This document shows positions 39,462 through 48,826 of a stretch of DNA of 64,000 nt, one piece after another; positions within the stretch are counted from its first letter, which is position 1; every line of letters starts with the position of its first letter. The translations under genes were made by a program, and so were the position numbers. The stretch spans positions 160,001-224,000 of the forward strand of contig OY970065.1 of NCBI GenBank assembly GCA_963705295.1, read 5' to 3'. This DNA comes from Parachlamydiales bacterium (GTDB taxonomy: Bacteria > Chlamydiota > Chlamydiia > Chlamydiales > Rhabdochlamydiaceae). The notes beneath the pieces are model-generated. The model was not told the DNA's origin. It saw only the letters and a program-made list of their open reading frames with translations, and searched no databases.

Positions 39462-40498
39462 CCCAGTTTTCGACTTTGATTTCTACAATCCTTCAGAAAT
39501 CGAACCGTCGGTGTTTCTTTCGGTTGACTCGAAAAAGTTTCAGCAGCAAACCATTTTACAGAATCTTCGTCTTTCCAAACAAAATACGGAATGGGATCCG
39601 AGTTTCTTGTTCTGTAAATTTCATCTGCCTCTTTCAAAAGTTCGTGTGATTCAACATAAGCCTTCCAAGTTCGAGTCAAGTCGGCAAAGGTCGGCTCCAG
39701 TTTTTTTAGGCAGGCTGCAAAAGAGAGAGCACACTTCCAGTCTGTGACAGTTTCACTTAAGGCGAGTCTATAGGTGCGCAATGCTTTTTTTAATTCTTCT
39801 CCCGGCCCAGCAACAGCTCTGCAAAATAAATAATGGGGAACAATTTGATATTCAAACCAACCAATTTGATATTTTGCACAAAGAAGCCGCTCTAAACGGC
39901 TAAAGGGCCAATCATGGACCGAAGCAAGATCTTCATTTTGACAAAGGGGAATCATTTGAAACTCCCTTGTCGGAATCCCAATGTCTTTAGCATCCAGTTG
40001 ATCTTCATTGGGTTTATTGAGCCGGTGGAAAGGCTGCAATAGAGCGCTATCAAAGAATACCCCGCGACTTCGAAGAAGCCGGTTTGTTCCATCAAAAAAA
40101 TCACTTTCCATGTCGGGAATGTCTTCCATCAAACCGATTTGTTCTTGAACTAAAACTTTGTGGCACCGGTTAGACAAAGCTCTTTCGAATGACGCCGCGT
40201 GAAGGATCGACTGCCGCTGTCCCCTTTCTTCTGCACTCCAACTAAAACGGGACTTTAAGAAAAAAACAACATACGCAAAAATCCCAGAGATTCTCGATAA
40301 AAACCCTCTTCTCATCTGATAAAAATACCTACCGTCCTCTGTCGCACGTGGATCAAAACCGAGATCGTAATACCGATGGATTTTCACAGGGCTCCAGTTG
40401 GGTGGAGGAGCCGGATAAGAAGGCCTGACACTCTCTTTCAATTGAGCAAAAAGGATTTTTCTCATTTCGACTTCAATGGCATGGATGCGAGGAGGCAT
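39458..40498 (-). CDS. Hypothetical protein
   Basis: 346-aa ORF, no recognised motif. Confidence 0.6.
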   Translation of the reverse strand: MPPRIHAIEVEMRKILFAQLKESVRPSYPAPPPNWSPVKIHRYYDLGFDPRATEDGRYFYQMRRGFLSRISGIFAYVVFFLKSRFSWSAEERGQRQSILHAASFERALSNRCHKVLVQEQIGLMEDIPDMESDFFDGTNRLLRSRGVFFDSALLQPFHRLNKPNEDQLDAKDIGIPTREFQMIPLCQNEDLASVHDWPFSRLERLLCAKYQIGWFEYQIVPHYLFCRAVAGPGEELKKALRTYRLALSETVTDWKCALSFAACLKKLEPTFADLTRTWKAYVESHELLKEADEIYRTRNSDPIPYFVWKDEDSVKWFAAETFSSQPKETPTVRFLKDCRNQSRKLG

Positions 40499-40513
40499 AG
40501 GAACCTTAAGGTC

Positions 40514-40732
40514 CTATCTAGTGCGCAAATAAACATGTTCCCCATAATGAGGGTCACCTTCGGGTCTCTTCATCACTTCCCAAAGACGGCCAAAAATTTT
40601 ATTTGCAGTAGCCGGGTCCTCCTGTTTTACAAGCTCCATCATTTGAGCTGCTTCATCTTCTTTATTTGCATAAAGAGCATCCAGTGCCTGGTATAAATGT
40701 TCTATTGTCGTCTGTCGTACAGCCTGTGTCAT
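40514..40732 (-). CDS. Small hypothetical protein
   Basis: 72-aa ORF with GAGGAG SD; co-oriented with the 346-aa ORF. Confidence 0.6.
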   Translation of the reverse strand: MTQAVRQTTIEHLYQALDALYANKEDEAAQMMELVKQEDPATANKIFGRLWEVMKRPEGDPHYGEHVYLRTR

Positions 40733-40795
40733 AATCTCCTCAATTATAATGCAAATACTTTGCTGAAAATTTGAATTTTCGTTAAGTTATTTTAA

Positions 40796-41302
40796 ATGAT
40801 TACCTCAATTACAAATATTAGTTTAAAAGAATTTCCTAAATTTCTTCCAACTTCGATCAAAGCTATCGATTGGAGGGTCGCGACGTGTTTTGCCCTTGCC
40901 ATCGTCTCCATTATCCTTATTGCCACACGGTACACTCCCCCACAAACCCCAAAAATTATTCCCGATATTAAAAATATTACACCTAACGACTTGGATTTCA
41001 CGCCAGCGGAATTGGAAGAAAGGGGCGTGTTGCCAGGAAATACCGTCCAATGGACATTAAAAGATTTGATTGTCCAATTATTGACCTTCATCCGACTGGA
41101 AAATAGAAGAGAAATCACCTTCAATGGTTCTCACCAACCTCAAATCCTTCGGTTTCTAACCCTTGGACTTCCACCCAATATTTCTTTTGAAAAGGGGAGA
41201 CAAACCACCTGGGTCTACCGCATTCTCAAAGCTCTTCAAAATAAAAAAGTTGTTCATTCTTTCTTTTTAGACCAAACGAAAATACAATTATTGTTAAAAT
41301 AG
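40796..41302 (+). CDS. Paralogue 1 of unrecognised family (N-terminal TM + one domain)
   Basis: IDWRV+TM; LDFT..LP.N..WTL...LGLP...WVYRILKAL.NK. Confidence 0.8.
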   Translation: MITSITNISLKEFPKFLPTSIKAIDWRVATCFALAIVSIILIATRYTPPQTPKIIPDIKNITPNDLDFTPAELEERGVLPGNTVQWTLKDLIVQLLTFIRLENRREITFNGSHQPQILRFLTLGLPPNISFEKGRQTTWVYRILKALQNKKVVHSFFLDQTKIQLLLK

Positions 41303-41323
41303 ATCGCATCAAAGGAGAAAAAA

Positions 41324-41764
41324 ATGTCGTCACAGATTCATTTTCTTTCAACCGGGACGGTTCATTCTGGATTGCCACGCTTAGCTATTCAAGATGCAAC
41401 TTATACCAAACTCGGATTCACTGAAGCTGAAAAAGATACAACTTGCACATTACCTAACTATATAACTCAGGGAACGGATACCTTTACGCTCAATGAAATT
41501 TGCGAACATCTTATTCTCCTCATCAAAAGCAGAGTTACAACTGGAGACAAAACAGAGATCACATTTGATGTACATAATCAGATGCACGTCTTCGATTATA
41601 TGACCTTCGGTCTTCCCCACAATTTAACCTACCAAGATGCGGGCGTTGAACAAAAAAAACAATCTTGGATCTGCCGAATTCTTCAAGCTCTAAAAGACAA
41701 AGGTTGTATCCGACAATTTGTCATCATGCCTTTTGGCGAGCGTAGGATTGTAATCACCCTTTAA
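41324..41764 (+). CDS. Paralogue 2 (one domain, no TM)
   Basis: AAAGGAG SD; LGFTEAE...LPNY...FGLP...WICRILQALKDKG. Confidence 0.85.
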   Translation: MSSQIHFLSTGTVHSGLPRLAIQDATYTKLGFTEAEKDTTCTLPNYITQGTDTFTLNEICEHLILLIKSRVTTGDKTEITFDVHNQMHVFDYMTFGLPHNLTYQDAGVEQKKQSWICRILQALKDKGCIRQFVIMPFGERRIVITL

Positions 41765-41783
41765 TAACAAAAAGGAAAAAAAT

Positions 41784-42719
41784 ATGTCACAGATTCTTTT
41801 ACTTTCTAATATTAACTTTAGAGCAATTCAAAGCTCTATCTCATCAACCTTGAAAAGAATCGATTGGAAAGTTGGAGCTGTTGCAACTCTTGCACTTGCG
41901 ACAGTCGCTTATCTTGCTCGTTCTTATCTTTTTTCAAAACCCTCTCTTGCAAGACCAACATTTAAATCTCTTGATAATATCGATGCCGAGAAACTTGGAT
42001 TTTCCAAGGAACAACGGACAAAGTTAAAATCGGTTGGGGGATTCATGACACTTTTCGATGGTAGCCCTGGTGAAGAGGTCACAACATCGTATACTTTTGA
42101 AATGGTTTGCAACCGGATCATCTATGAAATTCATTTCCCTGGAACAGAGAATGTCAGTTTTGAGGCGCCCCTTTCAAAAAAAAGTTGGCGTACTTTCAAC
42201 TTTATTGATTTCGGTATTCACCGCGATGTACCTTACGAACAAGCCTCGGATGTTGAAAGACGGGAAAGCTGGTTTTATATGACTCTTAAAGCACTCCGAG
42301 ATCAGGGTTATATTACATTTGTTATCAATCCTACTTCCATTGAAATCACACGGTGCCTGCCCCAACCGTATCAGCCACCAAAAACCCCTCTTCTATATCT
42401 GACCCCTCAAAAACTAGGGTTTGCCAATCATCAATTGAACCAGTCAGAAATTCTGCCGAATACAGATGGTACCCGATATACCTTTCGAGAACTATGCGAA
42501 GAAATTATTAATACTATCCGACTTGAATCTTTAGAAAACATCGTTATCCAGGAAAACTCGATTATTTTCGATTGTCGAAATTTTGGCTTATCCCCTGGTA
42601 GGCAAGTGCAAGTGCCTTGGGTTTATCAAATTCTGACGGCTCTAAAAAACAAAGGTTACATCACGACTTTTGACATGAATCGTACCAACATTGAAATCAC
42701 AAAAATACACCCTTCGTGA
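41784..42719 (+). CDS. Paralogue 3 (TM + two tandem domains)
   Basis: IDWKV+TM; LGF...YTF..C...FG...W.Y..L.AL...GYI occurs twice. Confidence 0.85.
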   Translation: MSQILLLSNINFRAIQSSISSTLKRIDWKVGAVATLALATVAYLARSYLFSKPSLARPTFKSLDNIDAEKLGFSKEQRTKLKSVGGFMTLFDGSPGEEVTTSYTFEMVCNRIIYEIHFPGTENVSFEAPLSKKSWRTFNFIDFGIHRDVPYEQASDVERRESWFYMTLKALRDQGYITFVINPTSIEITRCLPQPYQPPKTPLLYLTPQKLGFANHQLNQSEILPNTDGTRYTFRELCEEIINTIRLESLENIVIQENSIIFDCRNFGLSPGRQVQVPWVYQILTALKNKGYITTFDMNRTNIEITKIHPS

Positions 42720-42806
42720 ATCAAATTTTTTGATTTTATTAACATGATCAATGTGATACGCCTGATATGCAAAATGTCGATCATGTTGAGCACAACAACG
42801 GATATC

Positions 42807-42886
42807 AACGCAAAGACGCCAAGCCGCGAAGACGCAATTTTTATAAATCATTGACGATTTTCTTCGCGGCTTGGCGTCTTTGCGTT
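42807..42886. repeat. Perfect 26-bp inverted repeat (REP-like)
   Basis: AACGCAAAGACGCCAAGCCGCGAAGA at 42807-42832 and reverse complement at 42861-42886. Confidence 0.9.
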
Positions 42887-42906
42887 ATTAACCCGAGGGT
42901 CAATAA
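42885..42906. repeat. 22-bp palindrome matching MITE ends
   Basis: TTATTAACCCGAGGGTCAATAA; cf. 9842-9863 and the termini of 46407-46569. Confidence 0.7.
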
Positions 42907-43178
42907 ATCTTCGTAACGGTTGAGTTTGGAAAAGAAGTCGCCCAATTCACCAATTTCCGTTTTAAGACACCCAGAATTTTTTTTATCAGGCGTATCAACC
43001 ATATCCTATGAATCATGTTTTTTATACGGTTTGCCTCAAGAGGCTCTGACGAAAACCCCAACTTACGACCAAGTTTTGAGTTTTCTGGGGTAGAATTATT
43101 TGAATTCAATGACTTAAACTTTCAATACAATAAAATGAGTTTATTATATAATGATTCTCCTCAATAAAGGAGAAAATA

Positions 43179-43772
43179 ATGTCACAGATTCATTTGCTTT
43201 CAAATATTAATTTTAGCCAACTCCCCCAGCTTTTTTCAGCAACAGTGAAAAGAATTGATTGGAAAGTTGGCGCATGTGTTGGCGTTGCCCTTGCTGCCCT
43301 TGCTTACCTAGCGATCCGAAATCGTCGGCCGACTCAGTCTACGGGAATATTTACCAATAGAATGGAACCTCGTTTAGAAACTCTTTTAGACATTAAGAAT
43401 GCAACTTATGCTAACCTTGGGTTCACTGAAGCGGAACAAGAAATCACTTGCACATTACCGAACTATTTAACTCATGATACGAATGATTTTACACTCAAGA
43501 ATATTTGTGAAGATTTAATACTGCTCATTAAGAATAGAATACAGACAGGTGATAAAACAGAGATAACTTTTGATACCCATAACCAAGGGGATCATCTCTT
43601 TGACCATATGAATTTCGGTCTCCCCAATAATTTAACTTATCAAGATGCAGGGGTTGTACAGAAAAAACAAAGTTGGAACCACCGAATCCTTCAAGCTCTG
43701 AAGGACAAAGGTTACATCCGACAGTTTATTATCATGCCCGACGGCGATCGTAAGATCGTTATTACCCTTTAA
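43179..43772 (+). CDS. Paralogue 4 (TM + one domain)
   Basis: AAAGGAG SD; IDWKV+TM; domain closely similar to paralogue 2. Confidence 0.85.
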   Translation: MSQIHLLSNINFSQLPQLFSATVKRIDWKVGACVGVALAALAYLAIRNRRPTQSTGIFTNRMEPRLETLLDIKNATYANLGFTEAEQEITCTLPNYLTHDTNDFTLKNICEDLILLIKNRIQTGDKTEITFDTHNQGDHLFDHMNFGLPNNLTYQDAGVVQKKQSWNHRILQALKDKGYIRQFIIMPDGDRKIVITL

Positions 43773-43817
43773 GAATTCTTGAAATCTATCTTCCTCTAGG
43801 GGAAGATAGATACTCTT

Positions 43818-45299
43818 ATGTCAGTACGCGTACGCATTGCACCCTCACCAACCGGCGATCCTCATGTGGGAACAGCTTATATGGCTGTTTTTAATTTGAT
43901 TTTTGCGAGGCATTTTGGTGGTAAATTTATTTTGAGGATCGAAGATACCGATCGGACGAGGTCTCGGCCGGAGTATGAAAAGAGTATTTTTGACGCGCTC
44001 CATTGGGCGGGGATAGGATGGGATGAGGGACCCGATATTGGGGGGCCTTTTGGACCTTACAGGCAATCGGAGAGGACGGAGATCTATCAAAAATATTGTC
44101 AGCAGCTTTTAGATAACGGGAAAGCTTACAAGTGTTTTGCGACGCCGGAAGAACTGGCCGAGATGCGGGAAATGAGTATTAAGATGGGGAAGAGGGTGGG
44201 CTATGATAGGCGGTATCGGAATTTGAGCCCTCAAGAGGTGGCGGAGAGAGAAAAAGCAGGGCAGCCGTATGTCATCCGTCTTAAAGTTCCACTGACAGGT
44301 GAATGTATTTTTGAAGATGGAATCAAAGGAAGGATCACGAGTCCGTGGGCCGATATCGATGACCAGATTCTTATGAAATCGGATCGATTTCCAACGTATC
44401 ATTTGGCCAATGTGGTCGATGACCATCTCATGGAGATTTCACATGTGATTCGGGGGGATGAATGGATCAGTTCGACTCCAAAACATATTTTACTCTACGA
44501 GAGTTTTGGATGGACCCCTCCGGTGTTCATGCACATGCCCCTTTTACTCGGCAAAGATGGAAAAAAACTATCGAAGAGACGGAATCCGACATCCATTTTC
44601 TACTACCGCGATAGTGGTTATCTCCCAGAAGCTTTTTTGAACTTTATGACGCTGATGGGCTACAGCATGCCGGGTGACCGGGAAATGTATTCGATGGAAG
44701 AGATCATCAAGGAATTTGATCCAAAGCGGATTGGCGTTTCGGGTGCTTTTTTCGATATCCATAAACTCGATTGGCTCAATCAACAATATTTGATTAAGAC
44801 CATTCCAGAAAACGAGCTCTGGGAAAAAATTAGGAACTGGGGATTCAACGATGCTTTCATGTCAAAGCTGATGCCGCTGGTCCACACACGGATCAAGACT
44901 TTTGCGGAATTCATGGAGCTGTGTTATTTCTTCTTCGTCAATCACCTTCCGTATACTCAAACCCTGTTCCCATCAGAAAAAGCAGCCTTCATCCTTCAAA
45001 CGATATTGTGGAGTCTCGACGAACAAGAAAATTGGGGACGATCTGGTATTGAAACGGCCTCAAAAGAAGTGGCTGAAGCTTTCGGAGTGCACCATAAAAA
45101 AGTCATTATCCCTCTTCTGTATGCAGCGATCACAGGCAAACATCAAGGGCCGCCTCTCTATGATTCTTTCGAACTTTTAGGGAAAGACCGGTGCCGTGCA
45201 CGGCTTTTAGGATCGATAGAATTTTTAGGCGGAATCTCGAATAAAAAAATGGATCTCCTCACCAAAGGCTGGAGTGCGAAGAACTGTAAAGAATTATAA
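43818..45299 (+). CDS. gltX: Glutamate-tRNA ligase
   Basis: [26 protein letters not shown]. Confidence 0.98.
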   Translation: MSVRVRIAPSPTGDPHVGTAYMAVFNLIFARHFGGKFILRIEDTDRTRSRPEYEKSIFDALHWAGIGWDEGPDIGGPFGPYRQSERTEIYQKYCQQLLDNGKAYKCFATPEELAEMREMSIKMGKRVGYDRRYRNLSPQEVAEREKAGQPYVIRLKVPLTGECIFEDGIKGRITSPWADIDDQILMKSDRFPTYHLANVVDDHLMEISHVIRGDEWISSTPKHILLYESFGWTPPVFMHMPLLLGKDGKKLSKRRNPTSIFYYRDSGYLPEAFLNFMTLMGYSMPGDREMYSMEEIIKEFDPKRIGVSGAFFDIHKLDWLNQQYLIKTIPENELWEKIRNWGFNDAFMSKLMPLVHTRIKTFAEFMELCYFFFVNHLPYTQTLFPSEKAAFILQTILWSLDEQENWGRSGIETASKEVAEAFGVHHKKVIIPLLYAAITGKHQGPPLYDSFELLGKDRCRARLLGSIEFLGGISNKKMDLLTKGWSAKNCKEL

Positions 45300-45398
45300 T
45301 TCTGCTTCGTCTTCACTATGAGAAATGATATAAGGACTTTGATATCCCGTATCTGCACATCCAGCAAGACAAAGAAGTATGAAAAGTAACCAATACAT
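45294..45398 (-). CDS. Small 34-aa lipoprotein
   Basis: [34 protein letters not shown]; canonical LAGC lipobox; fills the gltX-cysJ gap. Confidence 0.6.
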   Translation of the reverse strand: MYWLLFILLCLAGCADTGYQSPYIISHSEDEAEL

Positions 45399-45410
45399 GA
45401 TCTTTTTAAT

Positions 45411-46403
45411 ATGTCTACCACATTTCACCGTTTAAATCCATTCCCTGCAACTTTAAAAGACCGGTATCTCATGACAAAACCGGGCTCCACTAAAGAAACA
45501 TACCACATTGTCCTCGATTTAAAAGGGGCGGACTTCTCCTTTAAAGTCGGTGATTCCTTGGGAATCTATAGTGAAAATGATCCTCAGTTTGTAGAGACGA
45601 TTCTGGGCAATTTGGACCCTGAAACACGGATAGAACATCCTCGCTCCAAAGAAAAAATGTCTCTCAAAACTTTTTTATCGCAAAAAGTAAACTTATCTCG
45701 ACTGCAGCATCCCATTTCTTCTACAGAACAATTGATACAATCATTTGCTCCACTACTTCCCCGCTTTTATTCGATCGCTTCTTCTCCTCTTGTTCATCCC
45801 GATGAAGCCCACCTCACTGTCACGGTCTCTACGTATTATGAACAGGGTCAGCTCCGGTATGGGGTCGCCAGCCATTTCCTCTCTCATTTGGCACCCCTAG
45901 GTTCCAAAGTTCTCTGCTATGTCCAGCCCGCACCCCATTTCACCCTTCCAAGCGACGACTCGATCCCTCTCATCATGGTCGGTCCTGGCACGGGGATCGC
46001 TCCCTACCGGGGCTTTATGCAAGAGAGGGCCTTCCGAAAAGCCTCCGGCAAACATTGGTTATTTTTCGGTGAGAGACATGAAGATTTCGATTTTTATTAC
46101 CAGGAATTTTGGGAAACACTCGTGGACCAAAATCAATTGAAGCTCGATCTCGCCTTTTCTCGAGATCAGGAAGAAAAAATCTATGTGCAGCACAGGCTCT
46201 ATGAAAAAGGAGCCGAGATATGGTCATGGCTAGAAAACCAAGCTCTTTTCTATGTCTGCGGCGATGCCGATCCGATGGCGAAAGATGTCGAAGCCACAAT
46301 GGTCAAAATCTTTCAAGAGTGTGGACAACTCTCTTTAGATGATGCCCGAAAATATCTCAAAGAACTCCGAGTCACTAAACGTTATTTAACAGACGTTTAT
46401 TGA
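45411..46403 (+). CDS. cysJ: Sulfite reductase flavoprotein-like FAD/NADPH oxidoreductase (short chlamydial form)
   Basis: PRFYSIASS, MVGPGTGIAPYR, AFSRDQ..KIYVQ, C-terminal DVY. Confidence 0.85.
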   Translation: MSTTFHRLNPFPATLKDRYLMTKPGSTKETYHIVLDLKGADFSFKVGDSLGIYSENDPQFVETILGNLDPETRIEHPRSKEKMSLKTFLSQKVNLSRLQHPISSTEQLIQSFAPLLPRFYSIASSPLVHPDEAHLTVTVSTYYEQGQLRYGVASHFLSHLAPLGSKVLCYVQPAPHFTLPSDDSIPLIMVGPGTGIAPYRGFMQERAFRKASGKHWLFFGERHEDFDFYYQEFWETLVDQNQLKLDLAFSRDQEEKIYVQHRLYEKGAEIWSWLENQALFYVCGDADPMAKDVEATMVKIFQECGQLSLDDARKYLKELRVTKRYLTDVY

Positions 46404-46406
46404 TAC

Positions 46407-46569
46407 TTATTAACCCGAACCAAAAAAGGTGACAAGATGCGCTGCGAGGCAAAGCCAGATTGATTCTCGCGAGGAATAACATTCTTGAATACGAAGGATT
46501 CCAAGCGAGAATCGATATGGCGAAGCCGCAGCAAGCAGATTGTCACCTTTTTTGGTCTCGGGTTAATAA
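46407..46569. mobile_element. MITE-like 163-bp palindromic element
   Basis: 29/30-nt TIRs TTATTAACCCGA(G)ACCAAAAAAGGTGACAA, internal imperfect dyad, TAC on both flanks. Confidence 0.75.
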
Positions 46570-48798
46570 TACCTTCAAGAAATCGAGTCCAACGAAAAAT
46601 ACAACGACAAGGGCTAAAAGACTGAGTACACATTTCAGACTTAAAGGGGTCATGAGAATCCCCAACGTCGCCATCCAACTGATCACCACGATGTCGATCA
46701 CCGAACTAAAAATCATCCAATAACTAGGCATAGAGTGCCAAAAATAACCCCTTTCTCGGACTAAATAGACCGTGGCTTGTCCAGTAAAAACAAGTGTGAG
46801 AAATACGAGTGTTGGAATTTGCTGTGTCGAGAGATTTTTTTCACCCCAGAGGAGAACCGTGAAAGAAAAACCGAGTAGAACGGTACCAAAAAACAAACCA
46901 ATGGAGATCAATTTCCGAATATCCCACCGATCGGGTTTGATAGAAAACGAAACATTGTCCGTTGCAATCGACATGGTTACAAAATCATTGGCAAAAAGAA
47001 GCAAGACGATCAGTAAAGGAGTGATAATGAGATGTCCCATGAAGATGAGACCGAGTCCAAGAAGAATGGAAATGACAATCGTTTTGACAATTTTATTGAA
47101 GATATAGGTCAACATCCGTTGATAAATTTTTCGGCTCATCTTGATCGCTTCAAGGATATCTCGGAGGCCTGGATTTGTTAAAACAATACTGGCCGAAGCT
47201 TTGGCGACATCCGTTGCATTACTGACGGCAATGCCAACTTCTGCTTTCTTTAAAGCGGGCGCATCATTGACCCCATCCCCGGTCATGCCGCAAACACGAC
47301 CTTCTTTTTGTAGAAGGGTGATCAGGTGAATTTTATCGTCTGGAAAAACGTCGGCGATGACATTGTATTCTAAAATTTCTTTTCCGGACTTTTTGAGAAG
47401 GTCTTCGCGGGAAATGACACGGGGGTTCATTCCTACCTGGGATGCGATGGCTGCTGCGGTGCCAGGTGAATCGCCTGTTAACATGACAATCTGGATTCCT
47501 AAATTTTGGATTTCCTCTAGGGCCTTACTCGAGTCTTCTCGGGGAGGGTCTTGCAGTCCAATGAGTCCAACAGGCTGTCCTTCTGCTGTAACAGCAATGA
47601 CTCTTACTCCTCTGGATGATAGTGTCTCCTCTTTCACAAGGGTGTGAGGCGCTCCTTTCTTGACATGCCACTCTTTACCTTCGAAATTGAAAATCGCTTC
47701 TGAGTACTTGTTTTCAGGATCGAATGGAATGAACTCTTTTTTTTCTACTGCTGAAAACCGAGATTCTACTTGACTCGCTGCTTTAATGATGGCGAGATCG
47801 ATCGGATCTTGTGTCGCTTGTTCACAAGCCATGCGACCCAAAACCAAAACATCTCCTTGAGAAAAGGGGGCAAAAGGGACGATATCAACAACCTCTAATC
47901 GATTTTGGGTGATGGTTCCTGTTTTATCGATGCATAAGACTGTCATCGTCGCAGCTTCTTCAATGGCAGGCAGCCTTCGAACTAAAACTCCGTGTTTAGC
48001 AAGCTCGATGGAACCCAAGGCGGTGGCCAAGGTGTAGGTAGCAGGAAGTGCAACCGGAACCGATGCAATGAGAAGAAGTAGCGAAAAGGGAAGAATCTCT
48101 GTTAAGGGAAGTCTAATCGAGACCGAAAACACCAAAACTCCACCGATCAAAATGAGATCGAAAATGATCAAATATTTGATGATTTGAAATAATATTTTCT
48201 GCAGATGGCTTGGTGCCTCGGCTTTTTCAACAAGTTCTGCTGTATGACCAAAATAGGTACTTTTCCCCGTCCTCGTTACTTTTGCAAAAGCTTCTCCTCG
48301 CTTCACAGTGGAGCCGGCATACCCCTCTTTACCTGCACCCATTTCTAGAGGAACTGATTCACCGGTTAGAGCCGATGGATCGACCAAAATATTCCCTTCG
48401 AATATCTCGACATCAGCTGGAATGACATCTCCCATCCGAATTCTAATGATATCGCCTGGAACAAGATTTTTCGCTGGAACGAGTTGCCAAGTATCATCTC
48501 TCAAGACACGTGACTGAATGGTGAGTTTTTCTTTAAGCAAAAAAAAGGCCCGATTTGCTCGACTTTCTTGAAAAAAACTTAAAAAGGCATTGAACAGAAG
48601 AAGAGCCCCGATTACGGAAGCTTCGACCCATTTTTTTAAGGCCAGTTCCAATAAAATCGTCAGCTCGAGCATCCATGGAACCGGATCCCAAAATTTTTTT
48701 AAAAAAAGAAAGAAGGGATGGATCTTCTCCTCAGGGATTGTGTTAGGTCCGAATTTTTTTAATCTTTCTGCTGCCTCGCTTGATGTCAATCCTTGCAT
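46543..48798 (-). CDS. Plasma-membrane proton-efflux P-type ATPase (type IIIA)
   Basis: GLTSSEA..RL..FGPN, LTGES, PVALP, DKTGT, DPID, TGDGVNDAPALK, ANDFVTMSI. Confidence 0.88.
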   Translation of the reverse strand: MQGLTSSEAAERLKKFGPNTIPEEKIHPFFLFLKKFWDPVPWMLELTILLELALKKWVEASVIGALLLFNAFLSFFQESRANRAFFLLKEKLTIQSRVLRDDTWQLVPAKNLVPGDIIRIRMGDVIPADVEIFEGNILVDPSALTGESVPLEMGAGKEGYAGSTVKRGEAFAKVTRTGKSTYFGHTAELVEKAEAPSHLQKILFQIIKYLIIFDLILIGGVLVFSVSIRLPLTEILPFSLLLLIASVPVALPATYTLATALGSIELAKHGVLVRRLPAIEEAATMTVLCIDKTGTITQNRLEVVDIVPFAPFSQGDVLVLGRMACEQATQDPIDLAIIKAASQVESRFSAVEKKEFIPFDPENKYSEAIFNFEGKEWHVKKGAPHTLVKEETLSSRGVRVIAVTAEGQPVGLIGLQDPPREDSSKALEEIQNLGIQIVMLTGDSPGTAAAIASQVGMNPRVISREDLLKKSGKEILEYNVIADVFPDDKIHLITLLQKEGRVCGMTGDGVNDAPALKKAEVGIAVSNATDVAKASASIVLTNPGLRDILEAIKMSRKIYQRMLTYIFNKIVKTIVISILLGLGLIFMGHLIITPLLIVLLLFANDFVTMSIATDNVSFSIKPDRWDIRKLISIGLFFGTVLLGFSFTVLLWGEKNLSTQQIPTLVFLTLVFTGQATVYLVRERGYFWHSMPSYWMIFSSVIDIVVISWMATLGILMTPLSLKCVLSLLALVVVFFVGLDFLKVLLTRDQKR

Positions 48799-48826
48799 TT
48801 TTGAATACTTAGCATAAGATAGTTTT

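Noticed and set aside
40796..43772. Paralogue array as DGR or integron cassettes
   Set aside because: No reverse transcriptase or integrase; divergence not adenine-specific; short gaps lack attC-like structure
45411..46403. cysJ as a truncated pseudogene
   Set aside because: ORF is intact through the terminal DVY; flavodoxin-less short forms are usual in chlamydiae
27413..46569. Repeats as a CRISPR array
   Set aside because: They are isolated inverted repeats, not regularly spaced direct repeats with spacers
46397..46723. Short ORFs 46397-46678 (-) and 46460-46723 (+)
   Set aside because: Read through the palindromic element and overlap the ATPase; no motifs
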